A stretch of 64,000 nucleotides of DNA from Octopus vulgaris (lineage: Eukaryota): positions 30,504,001-30,568,000 of the forward strand of contig OX597814.1 of the NCBI GenBank assembly GCA_951406725.2. The letters are read 5' to 3'. Shown one piece after another: positions 1 to 13,239 of the stretch (position 1 is the stretch's first letter; each line of letters begins with the position of its first letter). A program made the position numbers and the translations under genes. The notes beneath the pieces were generated by a model. The model was not told where the DNA came from, did no database searches, and saw only the letters and a list, made by a program, of their open reading frames with translations.

Positions 1-320
1 TGGGCAAGTGTCTTCTACTATAGCCTCGGGCCGACCAAAGCCTTGTGAGTGGATTTGGTAGACGGAAACTGAAGGAAGCCCGTCGTATATATGTATATAT
101 ATGTGTGTTTGTGTGTCTGTGTTTGTCCCCCTAGCATTGCCTGACAACCGATGCTGGTGTGTTTATGTTCCCGTTACTTAGCGGTTCGGCAAAAGAGAAC
201 GATAGAATAAGTACTGGGCTTACAAAAGAATAAGTCCCGGGGTCGAGTTGCTCGATTAAAGGCGGTGCTCCAGCATGGCCACAGTCAAATGACTGAAACA
301 AGTAAAAGAGTAAAAAGAGA
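1..320 (+). mobile_element. SINE family B (tail gactgaaacaagtaaaagag), cut by the window edge
   Basis: Same sequence recurs at about 18133-18490(-), 38910-39308(-), 42891-43260(+), 51094-51508(-), 51917-52315(+), 61378-61786(-) and elsewhere. Confidence 0.9.
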
Positions 321-577
321 GTCCGACAGATTCTCAGTTTGGTGCATGTTAAGTTAAAACAAAAAAATTTAGTCATTTGCGTTGTTTTATGAATTTGTAA
401 GAAATCGATCTGTCTCTCCCACTCTCCCCCCTCTCTCTACACACGCATATATACATATACACTTATGTCTTATAGGCAGTTATATGGGAATTCACTGTAG
501 CCTGTATTGCTGTTTGCTGAAATCTGAAGTTAAAAATGTTATTGCTACCATGAAAACAGTAAATATGTGAACGTGTT

Positions 578-802
578 GGCGAGCTGGCAGAAACGTTAGC
601 ACGCCGGGCGAAATGCGTAGCCGTATTTCGTCTGCCGTTACGTTCTGGGTTCAAATTCCGCCGAGGTCGACTTTACCTTTCATCCTTTCAGGGTCGATAA
701 ATAAAGTACCAGTTACGCACTGGGGTCGATGTAATCGACTTAATTCGTTTGTCTGTCCTTGTTTGTCCCTCTATGTTTAACCTCTTGTGGGTAATAAAGA
801 AA
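578..802 (+). mobile_element. SINE family C monomer (tRNA-like head, gcctttcatcctttcggggtcgataaa core)
   Basis: A-box-like and B-box (gttcaaattc) motifs; many copies, e.g. 39612-39836(-), 57178-57403(-) and a degraded cluster at about 16900-17800. Confidence 0.88.
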
Positions 803-1379
803 CATATATGAGTAAGAAGTTGTAAAGGTCTTTCACACTATATAAAAAGGGAGCAGATGTCGGTCATGTATCAAAATTCTGTTTAAAACAGGACTCTGAT
901 ATATTCCTTCGTTCTTTGGTGATTGTCTTCTGTAAAACAATAGAATTAACGTAAACTTAAAGAACACATATCTTCACTTGATATGATCAAGAACCTGCTG
1001 AAGTCGACCTTAACTTCCATCCTTTTCGGGGTTCATTAAATAAGTACCAGTTGAACACTAAGGTCAGTCTAATCGACTTATCCCCTCCCCGAAATTGCTG
1101 GCCTTGTGCAAAAAATTTGAAACCAATATGATCTAAAACCGAAATTACGTAAATCTAAGAAAGATAATTCAGTAAAAAACAATTCGAGTTATTTCCCTTA
1201 AAACCTTAAAGATTTGTACAATATCTAAAATGTCAGTCTAATTAAGGTAAATATATTTAATAATATAAAAGAATGTTTTGAAACGTATACATGTTTAAAA
1301 TAAAATAAAATGTAATACAATGTAAACTGTTGTTATATTTCGGCATGTTGTTTTGCGCATTCTGCTTCATTAATCTCAA

Positions 1380-2015
1380 GGATTGGCCTCAACTTTTAAC
1401 CATCACCTATCGATAAAGTAATATACTTTTCTACTCTAGGCACAAGGGAGGGGGCCGGCATGCTAACGTTTCTGCCTATCGATAAAGTAATATTAAAACA
1501 CAGATATATCTAAATTATTCTAAGGGCTTTGCTATCTGACAACAAAAAGAATGATCTTAATTTGCATAACGTAAAAACGTGCTTGAATTTAAAGTTTGAA
1601 TATATATTTTATTTTAAAATACTATAATATATTATTTATAAATCAAAATAACAAAATCGAAATAAATAAAATGTATACAATCAGCTGAAAACCGGCTTGA
1701 TTTTATTTTTTTATGTCGTTAGGGAGATGTTCGGAGGTTTACATTTACTGCGAAGATGCTCTGCTTATAAATTAGCCAATGAGGAAGCGGTATTCAATCG
1801 TTTTCTAGTCGGGATTTGTAAATTCAACCCACGTTGTTGCTGGTTTTTAATCAACGGCATCAAAATGGTAAGTTTTGAAAATATATTCTGTTTTCGTTCC
1901 TTATGAGTTTTATTTTACACTTTTCTAATTTTGACGATCCAACGTTTAAGGAATATAGTATTTATTTGATCACTGTACTAACCGGCGGCAGCCAGTATAA
2001 AAAAAATGGCGCGTG
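1380..2015 (+). promoter_or_regulatory. Putative SNRPB housekeeping promoter
   Basis: Two DRE-like TATCGATA motifs (1408-1415, 1477-1484), CCAAT box (agccaatga near 1773), YY1-like AAAATGGCG near 2002 in intron 1, and local CpG retention. Confidence 0.55.
1865..1867 (+). CDS. SNRPB: SmB/B' coding exon 1 (start codon only)
   Basis: caaaATG|gtaagt has a perfect donor. It supplies the missing Met in phase 0 for exon 2 (TVGKSSKM) and lies in a CpG-retaining promoter-like region. Confidence 0.85.
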
Positions 2016-3469
2016 TTGTTTTCATATAGTATGGTTGCACTTAAATATATATGTATATATATCAGCCCTGTTAGAAATTTCTTCTTATGTTTAATATACT
2101 TTTTCTTTCCTAAATATTCTGGTTAAAGTGATTATAAACATCATATATAACCATATGATCTGTAACTATTCTTGTTTCGAAAATAAACATCCATTGTTTA
2201 TGTATTAAAGGTTTTTGGTTTTAAAATTCAAAGTATATTACTTTTACGTAAAGAAACGTTTTGTTTATTTTAACCACAGTCCAATGATTGTGACTAATAA
2301 AAGAATATGAATTTTTTCTATTAAAATTTTCTGTTATATTTGTTACTGTTTACATAGAACTCGCTGATACAATGGAGTTATGTTCAATGAGTTGAATAAT
2401 CGTGTGATTTTTCTGACACATGTAGTACATATGCTCTTCGATAGTTTTTCATTAGTGTTTTCTGAAAATTGTTATCTAAGATTATTTAAAATACTTATGT
2501 ATTTAATCTCCGGTATTCTGTCTTGGAACTATTTCTCATTCAACACTGGTTTTAGTCTTTAAGGGACGTAATCGTTCTCTTTTCATTAAAATATTTTTAG
2601 AAATCTACTTGATGATGTCGATTTGAATTTTTCGTATAGCAGCTGCGCCACTCCAGAAACGATAATGCTCCGTCCATTATTCTAAAAGCATTGCATGTTA
2701 GAGCAAGGCCCTATTTGTATCAAGCTAAATCTTTTTTAGTTACATTTATATAGCCTGATTTTGAAAACCTACCACAGTGTGTTCCTTCCTCTGGAAGAGT
2801 ACTCTTGACCCTGCTAACCATTATAGCTATAATTACAGTTGTTCTCTTCCTTACTTTATCTCTTATAACTTTCTGAAAAATGGATATTCTTCAATAAAAT
2901 TTTACAACATCGTAGAGGTGAAAAAGACAACTTATAGCAACCATCTTCTCCAACACTTTGAGTCTCTCTCTCCCTTTAAGACCCAGTATGATTTGTGAAA
3001 CTAGATCTACTGGAGCCCTACTCTCTTATGTTACCAACAGTCTCTCACCCTCAATATATAGTGAAAGCAGTGTTGGCCAACATATACAATGCTTTCAACT
3101 GTGTCCAACAGACAAATCTGTCAAAGCTGCTCCATTCATCTTCTGATACTTATAGCTTCCTGTTACATCGCACTATCACATATCAGATGTTGGAACTATT
3201 TGATGCCAACTAACAAGCCTGATGTACCTTCAGGTTTGGTTTTGTCCTCTGTCCTGTGCTGTTACCTCAAACAATACTCACTCTTATGCAGTCTTAACTT
3301 TTCATATCCAAGTTAGGCACCTCATGCACTGACTCTATGAACAGAATTCTTAGAAACATTCTCCAATACAGCCCTGCCAATCTTATCTCATTCAACTGCA
3401 AAATGAGACAAACACTGCAAGCATTGTAAAAACAGTGCATCTCATTCCCCCTCAACAAAAATGAAAATC

Positions 3470-3970
3470 AACTGGAAACCTGCTGGGAATCCTATATGCT
3501 GATGACCTTGCCCTTATAGATGAATCACTACTAGTTATAGAAGCAAGGTCTAGAATTGAAGGGCCTTAGAGTTAACCTAGCAAAAACCAAAGTCTTAGTA
3601 AATAGGAAGGCAGACAACTCACAAATCCCTTCAGGTAGATGGCTCTGTCTGATCTGTAGAAAAGACATGGGTGTAAGCACCTGGCGTAAGCTTTGGACAC
3701 ATGAAAGGTGCAGCAATACTAGAGGAAGGTTAACAGGGAAAATAGCTTTTGTATGTGAAAGATGTACAGAAAATAGACTCTATAAACTGCCAGTGGGGTA
3801 AGCTAGAGGAAGTAGATAGCTTCTGATATCTAGGTGACCAAGTTAGTAGTAGAGGCGGATGCTCTGAAAGTGTAGCTGTGAAAATAAGATTAGACTGGAC
3901 AAAGTTCAGAGAGCTCCTAACTCTGCTGGCAACAAAGGGTTTTTCAGAGTGAAAGGCAGATTGCATGATG

Positions 3971-4003
<33 letters not shown>

Positions 4004-4248
4004 AGCTATACTACATGGCAGTGAAACATGGGCTGTAACAGCCGAGGACATGCATAGGCTTAAAAGAAATGAAACCAGCATGCTTCGCTTGATGTGCATG
4101 TTTGACAGACTGGTTGGCGTTAGGAAGGGCATCCAACTGTAGAAACCATACCAAATCAGACTAGAGTTTGGTATAGCCTTCCAGCTTGCCAGCTCTGGTC
4201 AAACTGTCCAACCCATGCATGGACAACGGATGTTAAATGATGATGATG
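3470..4248 (+). mobile_element. Degenerate RTE-clade LINE, RT fragment plus 3' UTR
   Basis: LYADDLALI, GLRVNLAKTKV and ETWAV motifs with frameshifts; ends in a (GAT)n tail shared by many solo 3' fragments. Confidence 0.88.
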
Positions 4249-4627
4249 AACTCCTAACCCAGATTAGGTCATTTCACATTTTTGACTGTAGATACTGCAG
4301 TAGATTGCATGCTAAAGTAGCACCTTTATCTCTTTTCTTCGTGTCATCCATAGTGGGTCCATCTGCCCAGGCCCTGCACTAATGTCTAAGCTTAGAACCA
4401 TGACTCTGGAATACTCACCTTGTTTTTTTCTTGCAGCTCTTGACTTGCATTAGTTTAAACAGAAGATTAACGATGTCACTTATTGGTTTTGGAGGTTCTC
4501 ATAGCTCTTTTCTCTACACCAAACTATAAAGCAAAACAAAAAGTTTGTTCACTAGATTGGAGTCATAGATGAATGATGTCTATGGTGGAGCAAATGACAA
4601 GCTTAGTTGACTCAGTACAAAGGATTA

Positions 4628-5565
4628 TCATCATCATCCTCCTCATTTAATGTTCGCTTTCCATACTAGCATGGCTTGGACGATTTGACTGAGGTCTGGC
4701 GAACCAGATGGCTGCACCATACTTCAATCTGACCTGGCAGAGTTTCTACAGCTGGATGCCCTTAACGCCAACCACTCCGAGAGTGTAGTGGGTGCTTTTA
4801 TGTGCCACCAGCACGAGGGCCAGTTAGGTGGTACTGGCAACGGCCACGCTCAAATGGTGCTTTTTATGTGTGACCTGCACAGGGGCCAGTCCAGTGGCAC
4901 TGGCAACGACCTCGCTCAAATTTTTTTTTCACGTGCCACCAGCACAAGTGCTAGTAAGGCGACGCAGGTAACGATCACGCTCAAATGGTGTCTTTAATGT
5001 GCCATCGGCACGGAGGCTAGCTTGTTGCTCTGGCAACGATCTCACTCGTACGGTACTCTTAGCACTCCACTAGCAACGGATGCCAGTCACTGAGTTTGAT
5101 TTCGATTTCACACTAATGAGGAAGTTAGTTGACAATCATCATCATTGTTTAATGTCCTTTTTCCATGCTGGAGAGCTGTCCAGACTCCAATTGTTTGTTG
5201 TGGCATGGTTTATATGGCTGGATGCCCTTCCTAATGCCATCCATTTTACAGAATGTGTTGTGTGCATTTTACATGCCACCGGCATGGGTGCTTCTGTGCA
5301 GCACCAGCATGAGTGCACTTTATGTGGCTTCGGCACTTGTAAAGGACAAGCCAGTATGCATAGATGACAGCAGTTTTACTTAGCTTGATGCGTCCTCTCA
5401 AGTACAGCGAATCGCCACAAATCCTGGTCCCTTGCCATTTCCTCAGTGTGGCCCAGTGTCTGGAGATCCTTTCTCACCACTTCCTCCCACGTCTTCTTGG
5501 GTCTACCCCTTCCACAGTTTCCCTCCACAATTAGAGCTCAGCTCTTCTTTATGCAGCTGCCCTCA
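4628..5565 (-). mobile_element. RTE LINE 3' fragments (two adjacent pieces)
   Basis: (CAT)n tails on the + strand, the shared 3' UTR sequence, and a GRGRPKKTW..VV remnant on the - strand. Confidence 0.75.
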
Positions 5566-7318
5566 GAAAACCAACATTTACACTTACCAATAATTTTGTG
5601 CTTTGATGATGAAAGCTATGAAGTATTTAAAACTAGTAATAAATTAGTAATAAAGCAAATTAATTTATCTTCTTGCATGCATATACTGATGTCTTTAATA
5701 ATATTTCAGAGGGAGTATATGTCATCTTTGAAATTGATTTCTTATTAAAGGTATAGAGTGATGTATGCAAAGGCAATGTTGGTTCTGCCTAGGACATTTG
5801 ATTGTATAGATGATGAATGTTACCAGTAGAGGGATCCCGGGTATAGGAATTGCTGTATGATTAAGAAGTTTGCTTTGCCATCACGAGGTCTTAGATTTAA
5901 TTTTGTTACACAGTATTTTGAGGAATTGTTTTCTACTGTAGCCTTTGACTGATCCAAGCCTCATGCATTTGGATAGACAGGAAATTGTGGAATCTTGTCA
6001 AAGGTACTGTACATGTAACTCAAAGGACTAACATTGTTACTCTGATTCTGTGTGAGGATTAGGTTAAGGTTAGGAGTGTCATAGAATACTCAGCTACCTG
6101 AGAGCTGGAATATTCATTGGAAATGAAAGAGCATCCATAGAAGACAGAAGTGATGTCTGAACTTAGGATATTGTGAACCTTGTAGATATGGTAATGAGAA
6201 GGTTGATTATAAGTAGTGATGTGGGATGTGACACTTAGTGTACCCATGCAGACATGGAAAAACTGGTGATGATTGAAGACAGTGATATATGAGTACAGTT
6301 TTTCTCAGTGATAATGGGAAGTGATTTGTAAATATCACCGAGAAAAATATTGGATAATAGATTTGAATGGGATCATGTTAGGGCTTTTTTTTTTTCCATG
6401 CTAGCATGGTTCAAATGGAATTCATTAAGGTAGATTTTGTATGATTGGATGCCCTTCCAATTGCAAATCCTTATTGGTTTCCAAGCAAGGTAATGTTTCC
6501 CCATGGCCAGACTTGTTTTCATGGGGGGATTGGAAATGTGATATCTTGTATGACAATAATGAATATTTACAATTATCACATATTAGCAAGACAAAGAGAA
6601 ATTAACAGACACATATTACGTACACTACAGACTTCTTTCAGTTTGTGTCTACCAAATCCAGTTGTAAGGCTTTAGATGGCCCGGAGCTTTAATAGAAGAC
6701 ACTTGCCCAAGGTTCTATACAGCAGGACTGAACCTGAATGGATAGAATCAAAACTTCTTAAGCACACAACCATACCCAGGTCTAAAATGATATTAGTTTC
6801 AACAGAGAAGTCAAGCAGAAAAGAAGAAAAACAGTAAGAAAGTGAGAGTTGTTGACTGTCCAAGGATTGTTGTGAGAATTTTGTTGTTGTTGCTTTAGTG
6901 TCTTTGATTTGATATAATTCTAAGTACTTTCATATTGTAGTTGTGAACAGGAATAATAAATTGCTAATAAAATAAATACCTAAAGTTCTGAGATGAGTTC
7001 CAATATTGTTTCTTGGACTATTAATCTTATTATTAGAATGTTTATTTACACTACAGTTCAATCTCCAATGGTTATCAAAGTTTCTTTTTCCTTAGGATGT
7101 ACATTATTCCAACTTCAGAATCCTTATTTCTAAACAAAGAGTGTAGTGATGTCTCCCTTCACTAACTCATTATTTGAGTTTAGTCAAGGACAGTGTAAAT
7201 CTTGATGAATAAAGGCACATGATGATTGTAGTTGGTAATCAAATTGATTGAAGCATTATGTAAATGTACTCACGGTAACTTCTTATCTTAAATGTTAATA
7301 TTTCACTTCCCTTTTCAG

Positions 7319-7582
7319 ACGGTGGGCAAAAGTTCAAAGATGCTCCAGCACATCAATTACAGGGTACGATGTACCCTGCAAGATGGCCGGATTTTTATTG
7401 GTACTTTCAAAGCCTTCGACAAACACATGAATTTAATCCTTGGTGATTGTGATGAATTTAGGAAGATCAAGCCCAAAAGTAGTAAACAGGGTGAAAGGGA
7501 AGAAAAAAGAGTTCTTGGATTAGTATTACTACGAGGAGAACATTTAGTATCTATGACTGTTGAAGGACCCCCACCAGCTGAG
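7319..7582 (+). CDS. SNRPB: SmB/B' exon 2, complete Sm domain
   Basis: cttttcag acceptor and gtaagt donor; 264 nt encoding [53 protein letters not shown]...[29 protein letters not shown], nearly identical to metazoan SmB. Confidence 0.98.
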
Positions 7583-7902
7583 GTAAGTTCTTGTTCCATA
7601 TTTCTTTGTTTATATTATTGGAAATATTCTTATAAGTATTTGTATAAGACCTGTCCTCCACAGCAGAATTGTTAATGCTCCCCTCCAGGTTGAAGGAATT
7701 TTTGCTTTGCAAGAGCCCCTTGCTGGTGTCATGTAAAAAGCACCCATGTTGGTGCCATGTAAAAATTCTCTCTGCTGGTGCTGTGTAAAAAGCATATGTC
7801 AGTGCTGTGAAAAAAATGTCTTTGCTGGGCCACATAAAAAAGCACTGTGCTGGTGTTATGTAAAAAAGCATCCAGCTCACACTGTAAAATGGTTGGCATT
7901 AA

Positions 7903-8124
7903 CCCTTTAGCATTTAAACCGGCCATATCCGGCCAAAAGTATTCTGCCTGTTTTATGTTCAAACTGGCCAGATCTGGTCTCTCCACACCAGCCCTACAAT
8001 ATCGTCTTAAAAATTAACAGCTACCTCTTCAAAATCTCATAGCTACAAGATAATGCAAGATTAGTTCAAAACAATGTGGATGAAAAAGGATTAATTTAGG
8101 CAGAATAATGGGAACACTAAAGGG
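7903..8124. mobile_element. piggyBac-type MITE family 1 (TIR CCCTTTAG), nested in an RTE 3' UTR fragment
   Basis: TTAA on both sides (7899-7902, 8125-8128). Other copies at about 12853-13035, 19770-20156, 20878-21082, 26200-26643, 32022-32229 and 36903-37122. Confidence 0.88.
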
Positions 8125-9020
8125 TTAAGAAAGGTATCAGCCATGAAACTGAACCAAATAAGACTGGAACCTGGTACAGCTCTCCAGCTTGGTCAAACCG
8201 TCCAACCCATGTCCACATGGAAAAATGGACAGTAAATGATGATAATGATGAAGTATAATGATTTTGGAGTTTATTAAAATATCTGACTGGCATTAGTTCT
8301 AATGTTGAATGTTTTTCTTATCAGCTGGAACTGTCTAATAAGATTCTTTACCTTAGAATTTATTGCTAAAATACTGAGTTATGGATGCTTTGAAGCCTAC
8401 TGTGTTGGCTTTTGACCTCTACTACGAAATGTAAGTTACAAGTATCGAAGAATGGGAGTATCTTAGCAGCCAATCCACAATATGCATAATTTTAAGCATT
8501 CTTTATATGTAACGACTAAGCTGATTTAAATTGACTTAATTACTATTTTATAAACACAAAACACTAAGGTTAAACTGATTTAGTTACTGTTTTAACACTA
8601 AACTAACCGATGCTGATGTGCTTATGTCCCCGTAACTTAGCGGTTTGGCAAAAGAGTCCGATAGAATAAGTACTAGGCTTCCAAAGAATAAATCCTGGGG
8701 TTGATTTGCTTGACTAAAGGTGGTGCTCCAGCATGGCCACAATCAAATGACTGAAACAAGTAAAAGAGTAAAACTGAATTAACATTTTGTAATATACTTA
8801 ATATGCATTCTTGACATGTGGTGACTGATAAGATTAATTAAACTGGAAAATGCTCCCATTCTCTGCTGTTGTCACATCCTATTTTCATCAGAAGTGAAAG
8901 TGGACATGGTTAGCTTCAAAGCATCCATATTTAATGATATAACCAATTTAAATTAACTTATAACATTTGTGGGGGAAAATGAAGTCTAAACAAATTGAAT
9001 TAGTTCACCTTTAATATCAA

Positions 9021-10575
9021 TCATCATCATCATTTAATGTCTGCTTTCCATGCTGGCATGGGTTGGATGGTTTGACTGACAACTGGCAAGCCAGAAGGCT
9101 GTAACAGGCTCCAGTCTCATCTGGCAAAGTTTCTACAGCTGGATGCCCTTCCTAACGCCAACCACTCTGAGAGTGTAGTGGGTGCTTTTTACATGCCACT
9201 GGCACGAAGACCAGTCAGGCAGTACTGGCATCAATTATGCTTGAATGGTGCTTTTTACGTGCCACTGGCACGAAGACCAGTCAGGCAGTACTGACATCAA
9301 TTATGCTTGAATGCTGCTTTTTATGTGCCACTGGCACTGGAGCCAGTCAGACAGCACAGGCATCAACCTCGACAATGACTTCACTTGACTCAACAGGTCT
9401 TTGCAAGCACAGTTTATTGCCCAATGATTGAAGGATACTCTTAAATGGACCAGTTATGCTGCACTAGCATAGGCCATGGTTACGGTCTCACTTGCTGGAT
9501 CTTCTCAAGCACAGCATATCTCCAAAGGTCTCGGTCACTCATCATTGCCTCTGTGAGGCCCAACGTTGGAAGGTTGTGCTTCACTACCTCATCCCAGGTC
9601 TTCCTGGGTTTACCTCTTCTATAGGTTCCCTCTACTACTAGGGCGTGACAATTTTTCACACAGCTGTCCTCATCCATACACAACACTTGACCATACCAGT
9701 GCAGTCGTCTCTCTTGCACACCATGCTTCTTATGTTCAACTTTTCTCTCAGGGCACTTACACTCTCTCGTGTATGCATACTAGCTTCATTTCTTGCAAGC
9801 TTACGCATATCCTCAGCAGTCACGGCCCATGTTTCACTTCCAAGTAACATGCCTGTTCACACATGTGTGTCATACAGTCTACCTTTTACTCTGAATGAGT
9901 GGCCCTTTGTTACCAGCAGAGGTAGAAGTTGTCTGAACTTTGCCCAGGCTATTCCTATTCTAGCAGCTACACTCTCTGAGCATCCACTACTGCTACTGAC
10001 TTGGTCACTTTGGTAACGGAAGCTATCAACTACTTCTAGTTTTTCCCTGTAGCATGTGACGGAAGCTGTTTTCAGTGTTTATTGCCCCTGAGCATTTGCC
10101 ACACACAAAGACTATCTTCTCAGTTAGCCTTCCTTTGATATTGTTGCACCTCTTATGTGTCCATAGATTACACTGAGTACATCTTATGGAGTTTCTACAG
10201 ATCGAGCAGGAGCATCTACCTGAAGGGATTTGTGATTTGTCTGCCATCCTACTTATTACGACTTTGGTTTTAGTTAGATTGACTCTAAAGCCCTTTGATT
10301 CTAGACCTTGCTTCCACACCTGAAACTTCTCTAGTTCTGATAGTGACTCTGCTATTAGAGCAAGGTCTTCAGCATAGAGAAGTTCCCAGGGGCATACTGT
10401 TTTGACTTTCTCTGTTATTGCCTGGAGATGATGAATAAGATGGGGCTGAGGACCGATCCTTGGTGAACCCCTACTTGGAATTCTTCACTATACTCGTTGC
10501 CAACCCTCACCTTACTGACAGCTCTCACTAACAACTCATCTTTCTCTGGTTTCTGCATTGACCACTAGATAGATA
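9021..10575 (-). mobile_element. 5'-truncated RTE-clade LINE (RT C-terminal half plus 3' UTR)
   Basis: VGVHQGSVLSP, PWELLYAEDLALIAES, MLLGSETWA, RRLHWYG and RGKPRKTW motifs; disrupted frames. Confidence 0.92.
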
Positions 10576-11648
10576 AGGGATTGGGGGACCAAAAAACAAA
10601 ATATTTATTATGTTATATTGATTAATTATGTTGTGATAGTAGTAACAATATAGCTAAAAATAAGGATCAAATAGAAAGTATGTGAACTTAGCCAGGTACA
10701 GTGTATCTTCTCTGCAGGAAGATGCCTTTTCCTATCTCTCTATCATTCTTGCTTCTCAACACCTGGCATAAGCCACCTACCTCGGTACTACACATTCCTC
10801 AGGGGCAATAAACACTGAAAATGTGCAGAAAACAGCTTCCGTCCCATGCTACGGGGAAAAACTAGAAGTAGTTGATAGCTTCTGTTACCTTTGTCTGGCT
10901 TCACACCTTCAAAGGCATGTGAAATAGGATATCTAAAGGAAAATCAAGTAAAAGTTAGTGACAGTAAAGGTACTCTGCTGCGAAATAATGTTTAATCTGT
11001 ACTTGTATTGAAATAAGGACATTGAACAAATGAGTGAATGAAAATATATCGTTGCTATTATGTTAAACTGTCATATGTCCAATTTTGGTCAAATGCGGTT
11101 TCTTTTTTCAATATTTATTTTTGCTTGCAATAGCTGGTTCTTTTGGTCTCCAGCTGCTTCAGATGCCAAGATATCAAAAATTGTCAGAGTTTTTGCTATG
11201 GAATGGTGAAATTATTTTTCCATTTTCTGAAAAAGCAACGTTTTGGACTTACGGCACTTTTGCATAATAGCAACGATTATATATATATATATAGTTGCAT
11301 GTGTTTGTTTACATTTGTAATTTTCTGAGCTACCTACCACTTGGATCATCGTTGTCAATTTGTCAAGAAATGCCTACTTTCAAAGCTGTGTGAAATAATA
11401 GATCCCTTACTTGAAAAACAGGTATGGACTAGCAACTGGAAGGGCATCCATCTGTAAAAGAATGTTTTGATAATGTATTCATCTAACCCATGCTAGCATG
11501 GGGAAAATCAGACCTAAAGTGAGTGACTGAATGAAACCCTGAGAAATATAAAAGTTCTTAAAGCTGAAAGCGCATGATGATTTGAACCTAGTTGGGTCTT
11601 GTCAGCTTTGGTGTGTTTACAGCCACTCTTGTTTACTATATAAACCAA

Positions 11649-12046
11649 CTAGCAGTATCGCCCGGCGTTGCTCGGGTTTGTAAGGGAAATAACTATATAA
11701 GCATTTTTAGAGAGTTATAGCCAAAAAATAGCAAAAAAATGCATTAAAAATGGAAAAAAAATTATGGTAAATTTTTTTTTAAATCGTTGGACTCATCGTA
11801 GACATTTTTAGAGAGTTACTTCCCTTATATAATAGCGAAAAAATGCATTAAAATGGGAAAAAATGATGGTAAATTTTTTTTTAAATTGTAGACTCATCGT
11901 AGACGCGCGCTAATACCCAGAAGGGCTCAATATGAATCACGATATAAGATACCCGCTTTTGGTTAAACTGCACCGCAAAATGTGGGAGTAGTTAGGAATC
12001 TAAATCGTAGGAGACAGACACACAACTTCTCTTTTATATATAAAGA
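11649..12046 (-). mobile_element. Non-autonomous Helitron
   Basis: On the - strand it starts TC and ends CTAG, sits between A and T with no TSD, and has a subterminal hairpin (cccggcgttgctcggg, 11661-11676). Confidence 0.85.
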
Positions 12047-13239
12047 TATCCAGAAAAATTCAATTGGTTATGTAATTTTGGCAATAACTCTTTGGGGCAA
12101 ATTACATAACACAATATAGAATGTGATTTAATAGTTTTAGTAGCAAGTCAAACAACACTGCTTCGATTGTTAGTCTTTCAAGGGCTTATAACTCAAAGAT
12201 TGTTGTAGAGCAAGACTAGAATTGCTTTCCTTTATATTTAATTAAATTAATCATATATTCCATGGTGTGTAATTTTATGGCAGGGTAGTTGTCTGACTCC
12301 AACATTCTATGGCAGCACGTGGTTCGCTGTCTCTTGATTCTGTTTAGCAGAGGTTTTGTTGAATGCCTCCAGTCCTGTATGGCAGAAAAGCAGTTGATTG
12401 TCTCAGTCTTTTACGACAGTGATTCAACTGTTTTGCTTTTCATTCATCTGACATTAGGTTATTCTGCATTTATCTGTCATACTTAATTAAGAAACAAGTC
12501 AAAGTAGACCTTGCAGGTGCTGGGGTCATGTAAAAAGCAGCCAGTCTGCTCTGTAAAGTGGTTGGCATTAGGAAGGACATCCTGTAGTAAAAACCATGTC
12601 AAAGCTGATCTCACCAGTGTTAGTTCCATGTAATACACACCCAGTTCACTCTGTAAAGTGGTTGGCATCAGGAAGGGCATCCAACCACACAAAAAAAAAA
12701 ACTTTGCCAAAGCAGACAGAGGAACTTTGTGTAGTCCTCAGGCTTACCAGCTCCTGTCAAACCATCCAACTCATGCCAGCATGGAAGACAGATATTAAAG
12801 GAGGATGATAATGACATTCATATCACACTTCAAAATTTTATTATAATTTTAACCCTCTCGCATTCAGAAATGCTTATTGACATTATTTTGAATAGATCAT
12901 TTATTGTGTTGCTTTGCGGTTTCATTGATGTGCTTGTATATTTTCATCAGGATGTTGCAGGATAGGTGTGAGAGGTCGGATCTGGCTGGTGTGAATATAA
13001 AACAGACTATTTCGGCTAGATATTGTTGGATTAATGATGACAGTCTATCACAGACAAACAGTTTCCCCCAAAATTGTTTGTTTCTTTTGGTACCAAATAT
13101 TTGCTAGTTCAAATTATGTCTACTTATTTGTTCTATTTTAAATTGAATTAAGCAAGTGTGATACTGTAGCTGTAGTCAATTTGCTACATCTAATGAAACT
13201 AATGATTGTTTATGTATTTCTTTTCCTCAAATATTCTAG

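Noticed and set aside
7292-7318. ORF-track N-terminus MLIFHFPFQ and read-through tail after 7582
   Set aside because: Intronic polypyrimidine tract and intron sequence; splice sites define the true exon.
13024-13045. C/D snoRNA start (ggattaATGATGA), since vertebrate SNRPB hosts an intronic snoRNA
   Set aside because: It coincides with the degenerate end of a piggyBac MITE, and no suitable D box or terminal stem was found.
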